Positions 39,109 through 48,155 of a stretch of DNA of 64,000 nucleotides are shown piece after piece. The stretch's first letter is position 1. Each line of letters starts with the position of its first letter. Under the pieces are notes generated by a model that made no database searches, was not told the origin of the DNA, and saw only the letters and a list, made by a program, of their open reading frames with translations. Position numbers and translations under genes: made by a program. Source of the stretch: an uncultured Mycoplasma sp. (lineage in GTDB: Bacteria; Bacillota_I; Bacilli_A; RF39; UBA660); the NCBI GenBank assembly GCA_947646115.1, contig CANSFH010000002.1, positions 27,806 to 91,805 on the forward strand. Reading direction: 5' to 3'.

Positions 39109-39627
39109 ATGAAAAAGATTATATTCTTAAGTGGTGTTCATGGCGTTGGTAAAGGATATATTGCCAAACAAATAGAAAAAGAAGTTAATATGCCAATATA
39201 TGAAGCAAGTAAGTTAATTCGATTAAATGGAGTATCAAGTGATAAAAATAAAAGAGTAGAGAATGTAGGAAACAACCAAGAGTTATTAATAAATTCGATA
39301 AATAATCTAATTAGTGATGAAATCTTTATTTTAGATGGTCATACCTGTTTGATAACTGCTGATAGAAACATTGAATCAATTGATATTAATTACTTTAGGG
39401 AAATTAACATTATAGGCATTATCTCTATTTATGATGATATTAATATTATAAAAGAAAGGATTTATAAAAGAGATAACATTAATTTTAGTAAATCATTATT
39501 AGATGATTTACAGCGAACTGAAATAGAAAATACCAAACGATTATCAAAACAATTATGTACCCCCCTATTGGTATTTAAAAATGGAGATAATATAAATAGG
39601 CTAATTGATTTTGTTAAAAGTTTGTAG
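39109..39627 (+). CDS. P-loop NTPase or kinase (AAA_33, adenylate/polynucleotide-kinase-like)
   Basis: Walker A FLSGVHGVGKGYIAKQI at the N-terminus. Small size (about 170 aa). Confidence 0.5.
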   Translation: MKKIIFLSGVHGVGKGYIAKQIEKEVNMPIYEASKLIRLNGVSSDKNKRVENVGNNQELLINSINNLISDEIFILDGHTCLITADRNIESIDINYFREINIIGIISIYDDINIIKERIYKRDNINFSKSLLDDLQRTEIENTKRLSKQLCTPLLVFKNGDNINRLIDFVKSL

Positions 39628-39637
39628 GAGGCTTTAA

Positions 39638-41128
39638 ATGATAAAAATATTATTAGACACTAATATAATCGTATATAGGGAAAGTGATAATGTTTATAAA
39701 GAAAAAATTGGAGAATTATTTAAAATAATAGATAATAATCCTAATATGTATAAGTACATACATCCAGTAATTAAACAAGAATTATTACAAAATGTTTACA
39801 ATGAAAAAAGAGATTTATTACTTGATAGGCTGACATCCTATAATGTTTTAGAAAATTGCAGAATGATTGATTCTAAATTAAAAGCAATAACAAATCCTTT
39901 AAATAAAACGGTCAATGACCAAATAGATGATATCATTTTAAATGAACTATATGTTGGTAAAGTAGATTTTTTAATCACTGAAGATAAAAAAATAAAGCAA
40001 AAATCAATCACTTTAGACATCGGCAATAAAGTAATGAATATTAATGAATTCATTTTTATAAATAGAAATGAGAAAAATATAAACCATAATATTTTAGATA
40101 TTTATAAAGTTAAGTTTGGAGATTTAGATATAAATGATTCTTTTTTTGATTCGCTAAAAAATGATTATCCTGGATTTTTAGATTGGTATGAAAGAAAGAA
40201 CAATGAAGATGTATATTGCTATAAAGAACAAGGTAAGATATTAGGATTATTATTTCTTAAAAATGAGGAACCTGAATCAGAAGATTACTCTGACATTAAG
40301 CCTATGATGAAACTAAATAGAAAATTAAAAATTTCCACTTTTAAAGTAGATATTGGTGGCAAAAAAATTGGAGAAAGATTTATGAAAATAGTATTTGATC
40401 AAGCACTATTTTCTATGGTAGATGAAATATATGTTACTATTTATGATAATGATGATAAAAAGATGAATCTGATAAGATATTTTGAAAAATTTGGATTTAA
40501 TTATTATGGAAAAAAGAATAATGAATTAGTATATGTTAGGAGCATGAAAAAGAATTTTGATGATAATAATCCTTTGAAAAATTATCCATACATAAAAAGA
40601 AATAATGATACATTTGTTATTCCAATCAAGCCTAAGTATCATACATATTTATTGCCTGATTCAATACTATATAGAGAATCATATAAGGATATTCATATGC
40701 CAGTTGAATATGCTATAAATAAATATTATATTACAAATAGTGGTTGGTTAGAGATTCCAAAAATTGGAGATAACATTGTTTTTTATCGTAGTCGACAAGA
40801 AGGTGCTATTGCTAAATATTCAAGTGTATTAACCACTATTGGTGTTGTTACTAATATTTTTATTCCAAAAAATGAACAAGAATTAGTTAATAAAGTTTCA
40901 GGAAGAACAGTATATAATGAAAGTGAATTAAGAAAAACATATAGTAAAAACACTTATGTAATTGAATTTGCATATATAACTACTTTAGATAAAAAATTAA
41001 ATTATGATTTTTGTAAAACAAATGGCATATTAGAAGAAGCCCCACGAGGAGTTTCTAAAATTGATAGTACAAAATTTCAAAAAATAATTGAGTTTGGTAA
41101 AATTGACACAACTTTAATTATTAAATAA
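39638..41128 (+). CDS. Three-domain protein: N-terminal PIN-like nuclease, central GNAT acetyltransferase, C-terminal ASCH/PUA-like domain
   Basis: MIKILLDTNIIVY...VDFLITEDKK supplies the PIN acidic residues. GNAT core ...IGERFMKIVFDQAL...IRYFEKFGFNYYGKK. The C-terminus FVIPIKPKYHTYLLP...GDNIVFYRS parallels the adjacent ASCH protein (ISIKPEYVNEIL...). Confidence 0.5.
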   Translation: MIKILLDTNIIVYRESDNVYKEKIGELFKIIDNNPNMYKYIHPVIKQELLQNVYNEKRDLLLDRLTSYNVLENCRMIDSKLKAITNPLNKTVNDQIDDIILNELYVGKVDFLITEDKKIKQKSITLDIGNKVMNINEFIFINRNEKNINHNILDIYKVKFGDLDINDSFFDSLKNDYPGFLDWYERKNNEDVYCYKEQGKILGLLFLKNEEPESEDYSDIKPMMKLNRKLKISTFKVDIGGKKIGERFMKIVFDQALFSMVDEIYVTIYDNDDKKMNLIRYFEKFGFNYYGKKNNELVYVRSMKKNFDDNNPLKNYPYIKRNNDTFVIPIKPKYHTYLLPDSILYRESYKDIHMPVEYAINKYYITNSGWLEIPKIGDNIVFYRSRQEGAIAKYSSVLTTIGVVTNIFIPKNEQELVNKVSGRTVYNESELRKTYSKNTYVIEFAYITTLDKKLNYDFCKTNGILEEAPRGVSKIDSTKFQKIIEFGKIDTTLIIK

Positions 41129-41182
41129 GATTTGAACTTAAAATTATGATATAATTAGAATAATAATAGGAGGAAATATTTT

Positions 41183-41557
41183 ATGTGTAAAATTTTGATT
41201 TCAATAAAGCCTGAATATGTAAATGAAATTTTATCTGGTAGAAAAAAATATGAATATAGAAAAGTCAAAGCAAAAAAAGATAATGTAGACAAAATGATCA
41301 TATATGCCACAGCTCCTATTATGAAAGTAGTAGCAGAAATAGAAATTTTAAAAATTCTAGAAGATACTCCAGATTTAATATGGGAAAATACAAAAGAGTA
41401 TTCAGGTATTAATAAATCTTTCTATGATAAATATTATGAAAATCGAAATATTGCGATTGCATATCAATTAGGAAAAATTGAAAAATATAATAAACCAAAG
41501 GAGTTAAGCGATTTGGGTATTTCATATAGTCCTCAATCATTCATTTATATTGATTAA
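41183..41557 (+). CDS. ASCH-domain (PUA-like) protein
   Basis: ILISIKPEYVNEILSGRKKYEYRK is a typical ASCH N-terminus. 124 aa. Confidence 0.6.
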   Translation: MCKILISIKPEYVNEILSGRKKYEYRKVKAKKDNVDKMIIYATAPIMKVVAEIEILKILEDTPDLIWENTKEYSGINKSFYDKYYENRNIAIAYQLGKIEKYNKPKELSDLGISYSPQSFIYID

Positions 41558-41719
41558 AGTTTAAAAATTTGATATAATTAATTTATCAAGTATTAATTAA
41601 ATACTTTTACGACTTGGGTGCAAAACTCATTTTGGTATTGCCCCATTATGATAATTACTCTCTATTTTAGGGAGTTTTTATTTGTTTTATTTTATGTTAT
41701 AATTATTAAGGTGGTTAAA

Positions 41720-42175
41720 TGACAATACGTGAATTTATTTAATCCTTAAATTTTGAAGAAAATTATTATTTTTATCATATAACAGGAAAAGGCAATGCAG
41801 AATTAATTTTAGAACAAGGACTATATGTAGAAGGGGACAATATTTTAAATACAAATAATATTCTTGAAACTACAACATTTCTAACGCCAGATATAGCTTC
41901 AGAAAGTTTAATATTTAGAAGTTTTTTAGAGGGGAGAACTAGGTAATATAGGAATTAGAGATACTTCTGAACTTGTTGTATTATGCGGTCCTAAAAGTTG
42001 TATGAAGCGAATAGTTTCAGATTTTGATGGTTATCAAGATGGAGTGTACTATGAAGGAATAATTCCTCGTGAATTTGTTATGGGTTATTTTGCGAATGAT
42101 ACATTAGAATTTACTGCAAATGAAAACTTTAGTTATGGAACAGATGCATTCTATGAATCAGTTACATATCGGTAA
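41720..42175 (+). pseudogene. Decayed gene with premature stop and frameshifts
   Basis: ATG at 41720 hits a stop after 7 codons. Two further reading-frame segments (YHITGKGNAELILEQGLYVEGDN... and GIRDTSELVVLCGPKSCMKRIVSDFDGYQDGVYYEG...) are coding-like but not contiguous. No ORF of 60 aa or more is present. Confidence 0.4.
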
Positions 42176-42248
42176 AAATAAAAATGAATAATTAATAAAA
42201 AATAAAATATAGATTATAAATATTTAATATAGAAAAGGAAGTATAAGT

Positions 42249-42797
42249 ATGAAAAAAGTATCTAATAGTATAGTAGGATTATTAAAAATAATTTTAAGTC
42301 TAATAAACTTAGTTTTAGCAATTGTAATTATTTTAAATATTTTATTATTAATGTCTTCTAGAGTTTTAAAGAACGCATATCCATCAATCCTCGATTATAC
42401 GTATTATGTTGTAGAAGAAAAAAATTCTTCTCTAAATTTAGATAAAGGAAATCTTTTAATAATTGATACAAGAACTACTGCTGACTCTGAAGATATTATT
42501 GTTTATCAAAATAATGATAAGCTAGACTATGCTATAGTAACTGAAAGTGATAATTATAGTGCGACTATTAATGAAAACGGCGAAGATATTAAAATTGATA
42601 ATGAATCTATATTAGGAATTGTTAAAATAAATATTCCTGAAGCAGGTACTATTGCAAATCAAATTTTAACAATTAAAGGATTAATCATTTCTGTCATGGC
42701 TATAACTATTACTGGTATAATTCAGGGATTACTAACTAAAAAGTCTAAAAAAGATAATCAAGTAAAACCAGATTTTGAAAATATGAAAAATATATAA
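42249..42797 (+). CDS. Membrane protein, possibly a type I signal-peptidase (S26/SipW)-like protein
   Basis: N-terminal TM, a central soluble domain and a C-terminal TM. This topology resembles SipW-type peptidases, but I could not place the catalytic Ser/His with confidence. Confidence 0.3.
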   Translation: MKKVSNSIVGLLKIILSLINLVLAIVIILNILLLMSSRVLKNAYPSILDYTYYVVEEKNSSLNLDKGNLLIIDTRTTADSEDIIVYQNNDKLDYAIVTESDNYSATINENGEDIKIDNESILGIVKINIPEAGTIANQILTIKGLIISVMAITITGIIQGLLTKKSKKDNQVKPDFENMKNI

Positions 42798-42862
42798 AGT
42801 ATTCAAATGAATATTTTATTTTTATAATTTTTTACTTATGTTATAATAAAATTGTGATTTAT

Positions 42863-43324
42863 ATGAACGAAAGATTTAAATTAAAAGTAGCAGTTATTCT
42901 AATACTTAGCAAAATAGAAAATAATGAAGAATATATATTACTTCAAAAAAGACAAAATACAGGTATATTAGATGGTTTTTACGATTGTTCATGTTGCGGT
43001 CATTTAGAAGAAGGCGAAACTCTAAAGGAAGGAATCATAAGAGAATCAAAAGAAGAACTAGGAATCGAAATAGAACCTCAGGACTTAGAGTTTAGTTCCC
43101 TTATGCACGCAACTTTTAAAGATGGTGGAGAATATTTACTTGTTACATTTAGTGCTAAAAAATTTATAGGAACAGCTAAGATTATGGAACCAAATAAATG
43201 TAGTGAATTAAAATGGTTTAACATCAATCAATTACCAGAAGAAGTCGCGGATACCAGAAGAATAGCTATTGAGTCCTATAAAAATAAAAATTATTATAAT
43301 GAATTTGGTTTTAAAAATAAGTAG
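42863..43324 (+). CDS. NUDIX hydrolase
   Basis: Nudix box GHLEEGETLKEGIIRESKEELGI. Confidence 0.8.
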   Translation: MNERFKLKVAVILILSKIENNEEYILLQKRQNTGILDGFYDCSCCGHLEEGETLKEGIIRESKEELGIEIEPQDLEFSSLMHATFKDGGEYLLVTFSAKKFIGTAKIMEPNKCSELKWFNINQLPEEVADTRRIAIESYKNKNYYNEFGFKNK

Positions 43325-43333
43325 GAGATAATT

Positions 43334-43987
43334 ATGCGAAAAATATATATACTAAGTGGTACTACAAAAGAAGATAATCTATTTACAAAAGAACAAGAAT
43401 CTTTAATAAAAGAAGATTTAAAAGGAAAAAGAAATTTGGTAGCTATTGGTGCCTGCGAAACAATTGAGGACAACGATCTATACTTTTATGGAAATGATAC
43501 AACTATTGGAACTATAAATTCGTTTCAGTTTAGTGATTTAAAGAAATTTGACTTACTTGATGAAAGAACATCAAAAGAGAGAGGAACAGAACTTTTAAAT
43601 AATGCTGATATAATTTATTTACAAGGTGGCAATCCTTTTGTACAGTTAGAATTTTTAAAGAGTAATAACTATGATGAAATACTAAAAAACTTTAATGGCA
43701 TTATTTTAGAGTTGAGTGCAGGATCTATGAATTTAAGTAAAACTTCTTTTTATTCAAAAGATGAAGACTACCCAGTATCAACATTAAATGAAGGATTAGG
43801 ACTGATAGATCTAACTATAGATCCACATTTTGATATTAATAATCCATTAAGAATTGATGAGGCTAAAAAATATTCTGTAAATCACTCAATAATTGGTTTG
43901 CCTGATTATTCGGCAATCATTATCAAAGGCAAAGAAATTATAAATATTGGGCCAAATTATAAATTTGAAAAAGGAAATATAGTATAG
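43334..43987 (+). CDS. Peptidase S51 (dipeptidase E)-like class I glutamine-amidotransferase-fold protein
   Basis: IIYLQGGNPF core typical of the S51 family. AGGAG RBS. Confidence 0.6.
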   Translation: MRKIYILSGTTKEDNLFTKEQESLIKEDLKGKRNLVAIGACETIEDNDLYFYGNDTTIGTINSFQFSDLKKFDLLDERTSKERGTELLNNADIIYLQGGNPFVQLEFLKSNNYDEILKNFNGIILELSAGSMNLSKTSFYSKDEDYPVSTLNEGLGLIDLTIDPHFDINNPLRIDEAKKYSVNHSIIGLPDYSAIIIKGKEIINIGPNYKFEKGNIV

Positions 43988-44043
43988 TTCTCTAGAGCTT
44001 TTATAAATAATAAGTGATAGGAAATAGGAAGAAGGAATAAAAT

Positions 44044-44478
44044 ATGAATACTATTATAGTAGGTGGTATAATCGAAAAAAAAGGAAAATACTTACTTGTC
44101 CAAGAAGCTCAAAAAAAGTGCTTTGGTAAATGGAATATTCCAGCTGGACATTTAGATCCTAATGAAACAATTTTTGAAGGAGCAAAAAGGGAAGTGTTTG
44201 AGGAAACAGGATGCAATGTAGAACTAGCAGGAATCCTTCAAATAGCAAATAAAGTATCTCCATCTGATACTTGGATAAGTGTAATTTTTGCTACTAAATT
44301 AATAGAAGAAAATATAGCTTTTGATAAAAAAGAAATACTAGATGTCAAATGGTTCACTTATGAAGAACTACTAAATATGAAAAATGAATTGCGTGCATAC
44401 GATTGGATTATAGATAGTATAAAAGCTTTAAGAGAAAATAAAATCCTAGATATAAATCGGGTTATAGTTATAAAATAA
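44044..44478 (+). CDS. NUDIX hydrolase
   Basis: Nudix box GHLDPNETIFEGAKREVFEETG. Confidence 0.8.
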   Translation: MNTIIVGGIIEKKGKYLLVQEAQKKCFGKWNIPAGHLDPNETIFEGAKREVFEETGCNVELAGILQIANKVSPSDTWISVIFATKLIEENIAFDKKEILDVKWFTYEELLNMKNELRAYDWIIDSIKALRENKILDINRVIVIK

Positions 44479-44498
44479 AAAAAGCTACATGGTAACTT

Positions 44499-45383
44499 TT
44501 ATATAAAAAAATCATTAATATTTTCACAACCTGCGATAACTTCTCTCCCTACTGAGATCAAGTTATCTTTTTTTAGTTTAAATGACCATTTTACTAATGC
44601 TATTTTTCCATTTTCAATCTCAATACAAGTTATACCATTAGGATGAATTGCTGAACCATCATTAAAATAATAGCTTTCGCCTATCAATGGATATATTGGC
44701 TTATGCGTATGTCCTGCAATAACAATTTTTTTGTTTTCTTTACTCCATTTTTCTAGCTTTTTATCAGTAGATTTTGTACCTTTATAATTTTTTGCCGCAC
44801 TTGTCGGATCTTTTAAGCCAAATCTTTCTAAAGGTCGCCAAACATTTCTTACCAAGAATCTTGCTAATCGCCAAAGAGTACTATTAAGTAAATCCACTTG
44901 ATGACCATGTAGTAAAAATATATCATTATCATTATAATTTAAAACAACACTTTCATATACTTGTAAATTATTTAATAAATCATTTTCCTTTTTAGTATAT
45001 ATATCCTTATAACTATAAAAAGTATTTTCTAAAATCGCTTTATTTTTTTTACACATATCATGATTACCATATATCATTATTAATCTTTTTTCTTCATTGA
45101 ATTTTCTCAATAATTTAAAAGTACTTAAATGTCCTGTAATAATCTCTCTATAATTTTTTACTTCCCACATATCATCGCCATCACCAAGTTCTATATATTT
45201 AAAACCTTGAGTATAATATGTTTTTAAAGCTGCTTCATATATATTCTCATTATGAACAAAATTGTCATAAGAATCTCCTGATCCTCTATGTATATCACTC
45301 ATTATAACTATCTTACTTTCGTCATTAATATTTATTTTATTAGCATTAAGAAAAACTTTATCTAATTTTTTATATCTTTTCAT
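44499..45383 (-). CDS. Calcineurin-like metallophosphoesterase
   Basis: Motifs IMSDIHRG, GDGDD (ELGDGDDMW), GNHD (IYGNHDM) and GHTH (IAGHTHKP). Confidence 0.75.
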   Translation of the reverse strand: MKRYKKLDKVFLNANKININDESKIVIMSDIHRGSGDSYDNFVHNENIYEAALKTYYTQGFKYIELGDGDDMWEVKNYREIITGHLSTFKLLRKFNEEKRLIMIYGNHDMCKKNKAILENTFYSYKDIYTKKENDLLNNLQVYESVVLNYNDNDIFLLHGHQVDLLNSTLWRLARFLVRNVWRPLERFGLKDPTSAAKNYKGTKSTDKKLEKWSKENKKIVIAGHTHKPIYPLIGESYYFNDGSAIHPNGITCIEIENGKIALVKWSFKLKKDNLISVGREVIAGCENINDFFI

Positions 45384-45502
45384 TTTATATACTCCTTTCC
45401 ATTAATAAATTATGCTTTACAAAAATAAATGAAAAGGCGTTTAATCTATAAAAAGCAATTTAAATATGATATAATATAATAAATAAAAAAAGGAGCAAAA
45501 GT

Positions 45503-46054
45503 ATGAATAATTATTTATTGTTACATGGAAGTTTTGGCAGTCCTTTTTCTAATTGGCTACCTTGGTTAAGAAGTGAACTTGAAAAACAAAACTTAATTGT
45601 ATATACACCAGACTTTCCAACTGGCGTAGGATTTCAAACATATGAAGACTGGTCTAAATTATTAAAATGTTATGTTTCTTCTAATATTATAAATGATAAT
45701 ACTATTATTTTCGCTCATTCTATAGCTCCAGTATTTATATGCAAATTCTTAATAGAAAACAAAATAAAAGTTAAAAAACTAATATTTGTATGTGGTTTTA
45801 ACAATTACTTTGGTATCAATGAAGAATATGATACAGTAAATAAATCAATGTATTTAGACAATTTAAGTGAAATAAAAAATTATTGTAATGATATCGTGTG
45901 CTTTTATACTAAAAACGATCCATATGTAAAATATGAAGCTGAAAAAGAGTTTGCTAGCGTAGTAGCTACCAATGAAATTGTTATACCTGATGGCGGTCAT
46001 TTAAACTCGGAGTCAGGATATACTAAATTTGTAAATTTATTAGAAGAAATATAG
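45503..46054 (+). CDS. Alpha/beta-fold serine hydrolase (YdeN/RBBP9-like)
   Basis: LLHGSFGSPFSNWLPWL N-terminus and a nucleophile elbow-like AHSIAP. About 180 aa, typical of the family. Confidence 0.5.
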   Translation: MNNYLLLHGSFGSPFSNWLPWLRSELEKQNLIVYTPDFPTGVGFQTYEDWSKLLKCYVSSNIINDNTIIFAHSIAPVFICKFLIENKIKVKKLIFVCGFNNYFGINEEYDTVNKSMYLDNLSEIKNYCNDIVCFYTKNDPYVKYEAEKEFASVVATNEIVIPDGGHLNSESGYTKFVNLLEEI

Positions 46055-46066
46055 AAGGAAAATCAT

Positions 46067-46693
46067 ATGAATGAAATGGTAATGGTCGTCGATTCTAAAT
46101 GGTTAAATAAAACTTTTGGTGAAAGTTCCAAAAATATTATTCGTATCGAAGAGAAAAAATTTATAAAATCAATCGCATCAAATTATAAGTTTATTGAACG
46201 TAGTATTGCCGAAACAAACTATAATTATAAGCAAATAATTTCTTATTGCCTAATAATATGGGATAATGAAATATTTATGACTAAACGAGCAGCTAATATA
46301 ACCGAGAAGAGACTTCAAAATTGTTATTCTATTGGCATAGGGGGACATATAAACAATAGTGATACTAAAAATAATAATATTGTTATAGAAGGAATGTTAA
46401 GAGAACTATTTGAAGAAGTAAATATTCCATGTTCATATTCATATGAATTTTATGGTATAATTAATGATAATTCAAGTGAAGTTGGTTTAGTTCATGCAGG
46501 AGTTTGTTTTATAATAAAATTAAAAGAAAAAGAATGCTCTATCAAAGAAAATGAAAAATTGCATGGCCTTTGGATTAATAAAAAAGAAATTAATCAGTAT
46601 ATGGATAATTTCGAAAATTGGTCACAAATATTAATAAATTCCTATATTAAGAATATTGAAAATAATATGGAGGCACAAAATGAAAATAACTAA
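46067..46693 (+). CDS. Hypothetical protein with a divergent Nudix-like box
   Basis: GIGGHINNSD...EGMLRELFEEVNI partially fits the GX5EX7REUXEEXGU Nudix box, but the spacing of the first Glu is off. Confidence 0.3.
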   Translation: MNEMVMVVDSKWLNKTFGESSKNIIRIEEKKFIKSIASNYKFIERSIAETNYNYKQIISYCLIIWDNEIFMTKRAANITEKRLQNCYSIGIGGHINNSDTKNNNIVIEGMLRELFEEVNIPCSYSYEFYGIINDNSSEVGLVHAGVCFIIKLKEKECSIKENEKLHGLWINKKEINQYMDNFENWSQILINSYIKNIENNMEAQNENN

Positions 46694-47327
46694 ATATCCA
46701 CAATCTTGTTTAATGATTGAAACAAATAATAAAAAGATTTTAATTGATCCTGGAAGTCTAAAATATGAAGATAGATTTCTAGATTCTTGGAAGAAAGCAA
46801 ATATAATTCTAATAACACATAAACATTTTGATCATATAAATGTAAATGTTTTAAAAGACCTAAATATTCCGATATATTCAACAAATGAAGTCCAAACTTC
46901 TTATCCTGAAATAAATATTAATATTGTCAAAACAAACGATGTTATTGAATTAGATAATATTAAAATTGAAGTTGTTAAAGCAGTTCATGGTTATAATCCT
47001 AAACTTAAAAATGGTTTAGAAGTATTAGAAAATGTTGGATATATTATAGATGATAATAAACAACGCTTATATATAACCAGTGATACAATCTGTTTTAATA
47101 ATGACTATAAAGCCGATATTGTTGCTCTTCCTGTAACTGGTTATGGACTTACAATGACATCTTATGAAGCATCATTATTCGCAATTGAACTTGGAGCTAA
47201 ATTAGTATTACCAACTCATATGGATAATGCTACATATCCAACTGATACTAAATATATGGAGAAAAATTTTAAAGAATTTAATATAAATTATAAAGTTTTA
47301 CAAATTAATCAAACTATTGAAATGTAA
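46680..47327 (+). CDS. Metallo-beta-lactamase-fold hydrolase
   Basis: HxHxDH motif ITHKHFDHIN. GGAGG RBS 6 nt before ATG 46680. It overlaps the end of the previous gene. Confidence 0.7.
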   Translation: MKITKYPQSCLMIETNNKKILIDPGSLKYEDRFLDSWKKANIILITHKHFDHINVNVLKDLNIPIYSTNEVQTSYPEININIVKTNDVIELDNIKIEVVKAVHGYNPKLKNGLEVLENVGYIIDDNKQRLYITSDTICFNNDYKADIVALPVTGYGLTMTSYEASLFAIELGAKLVLPTHMDNATYPTDTKYMEKNFKEFNINYKVLQINQTIEM

Positions 47328-47351
47328 ATATTTTGTTAAAGGAGAAAAATT

Positions 47352-48092
47352 ATGAATCAACTATTTTATCAAAAAGAACCAGAAAATCTAAGTCTGCAGC
47401 CTACATTACAGAGTAGCAATGCAAAAGATATAATAAGCTATGACGTATTTAAAGAAAATTTAGCAAGATATGGTAATATGACAAGTGAAGAATTTTTTGC
47501 AATTATAATTAATAATAGTCAAGGATATGAATTTTTTTCTAGAGAATTACTAATTAATTTTGCTATGATTAACTTAAATAATATAGAATCAATAAGAGCA
47601 CAACATCAAAGTGTAAGTGAGTTTGAAAATAATTTTGGTGTATCAGTAAAAAAGAAATTTTTGACGCTATTTCCTGATTTACATCAATATGAATTAATGA
47701 GTAAAGAAGATTTAAGTATTTTTGTAAGATCTGTTGGCCCTTTTCAAACTACAATATTGCTTGATCAATTATCTAATAGCAATAAAGGAGCATTGTATAA
47801 TACTATATGTGAATATGATGACTTTTGGTTTAATGCTTATCTACGAGGCTTTTCTTTTGCAGCTAAAATGGGATATAGCAGCTTAATCTGCTCTTTATTA
47901 ACACCTGATGATATAAAAACATTAAAAGATCAATTCAATGAATATAGAACAAATATTATAAATTACGTACCTAAAAATGAAGAAGAGAATAGAATTAAGG
48001 AGAAGGACTTGAAGGAATTAGATGATATTATCGCATTTTGTTCTAGATTGTTAGATGAATTGAATTTTAAAGATGAAACATCTAGAGCTTAA
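47352..48092 (+). CDS. Hypothetical protein
   Basis: 246-aa ORF with a good RBS (AAAGGAG). No motif recognised. Confidence 0.4.
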   Translation: MNQLFYQKEPENLSLQPTLQSSNAKDIISYDVFKENLARYGNMTSEEFFAIIINNSQGYEFFSRELLINFAMINLNNIESIRAQHQSVSEFENNFGVSVKKKFLTLFPDLHQYELMSKEDLSIFVRSVGPFQTTILLDQLSNSNKGALYNTICEYDDFWFNAYLRGFSFAAKMGYSSLICSLLTPDDIKTLKDQFNEYRTNIINYVPKNEEENRIKEKDLKELDDIIAFCSRLLDELNFKDETSRA

Positions 48093-48116
48093 ACTTAAAC
48101 TAAATTTTAATAGTTA

Positions 48117-48150
48117 TAAAAAGCAAATACTCGAAATTAAGTATTTGCTA
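48117..48150. terminator. Bidirectional terminator between convergent genes
   Basis: 9-bp stem agcaaatac/gtatttgct followed by AATTTTTT. Confidence 0.6.
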
Positions 48151-48155
48151 ATTTT

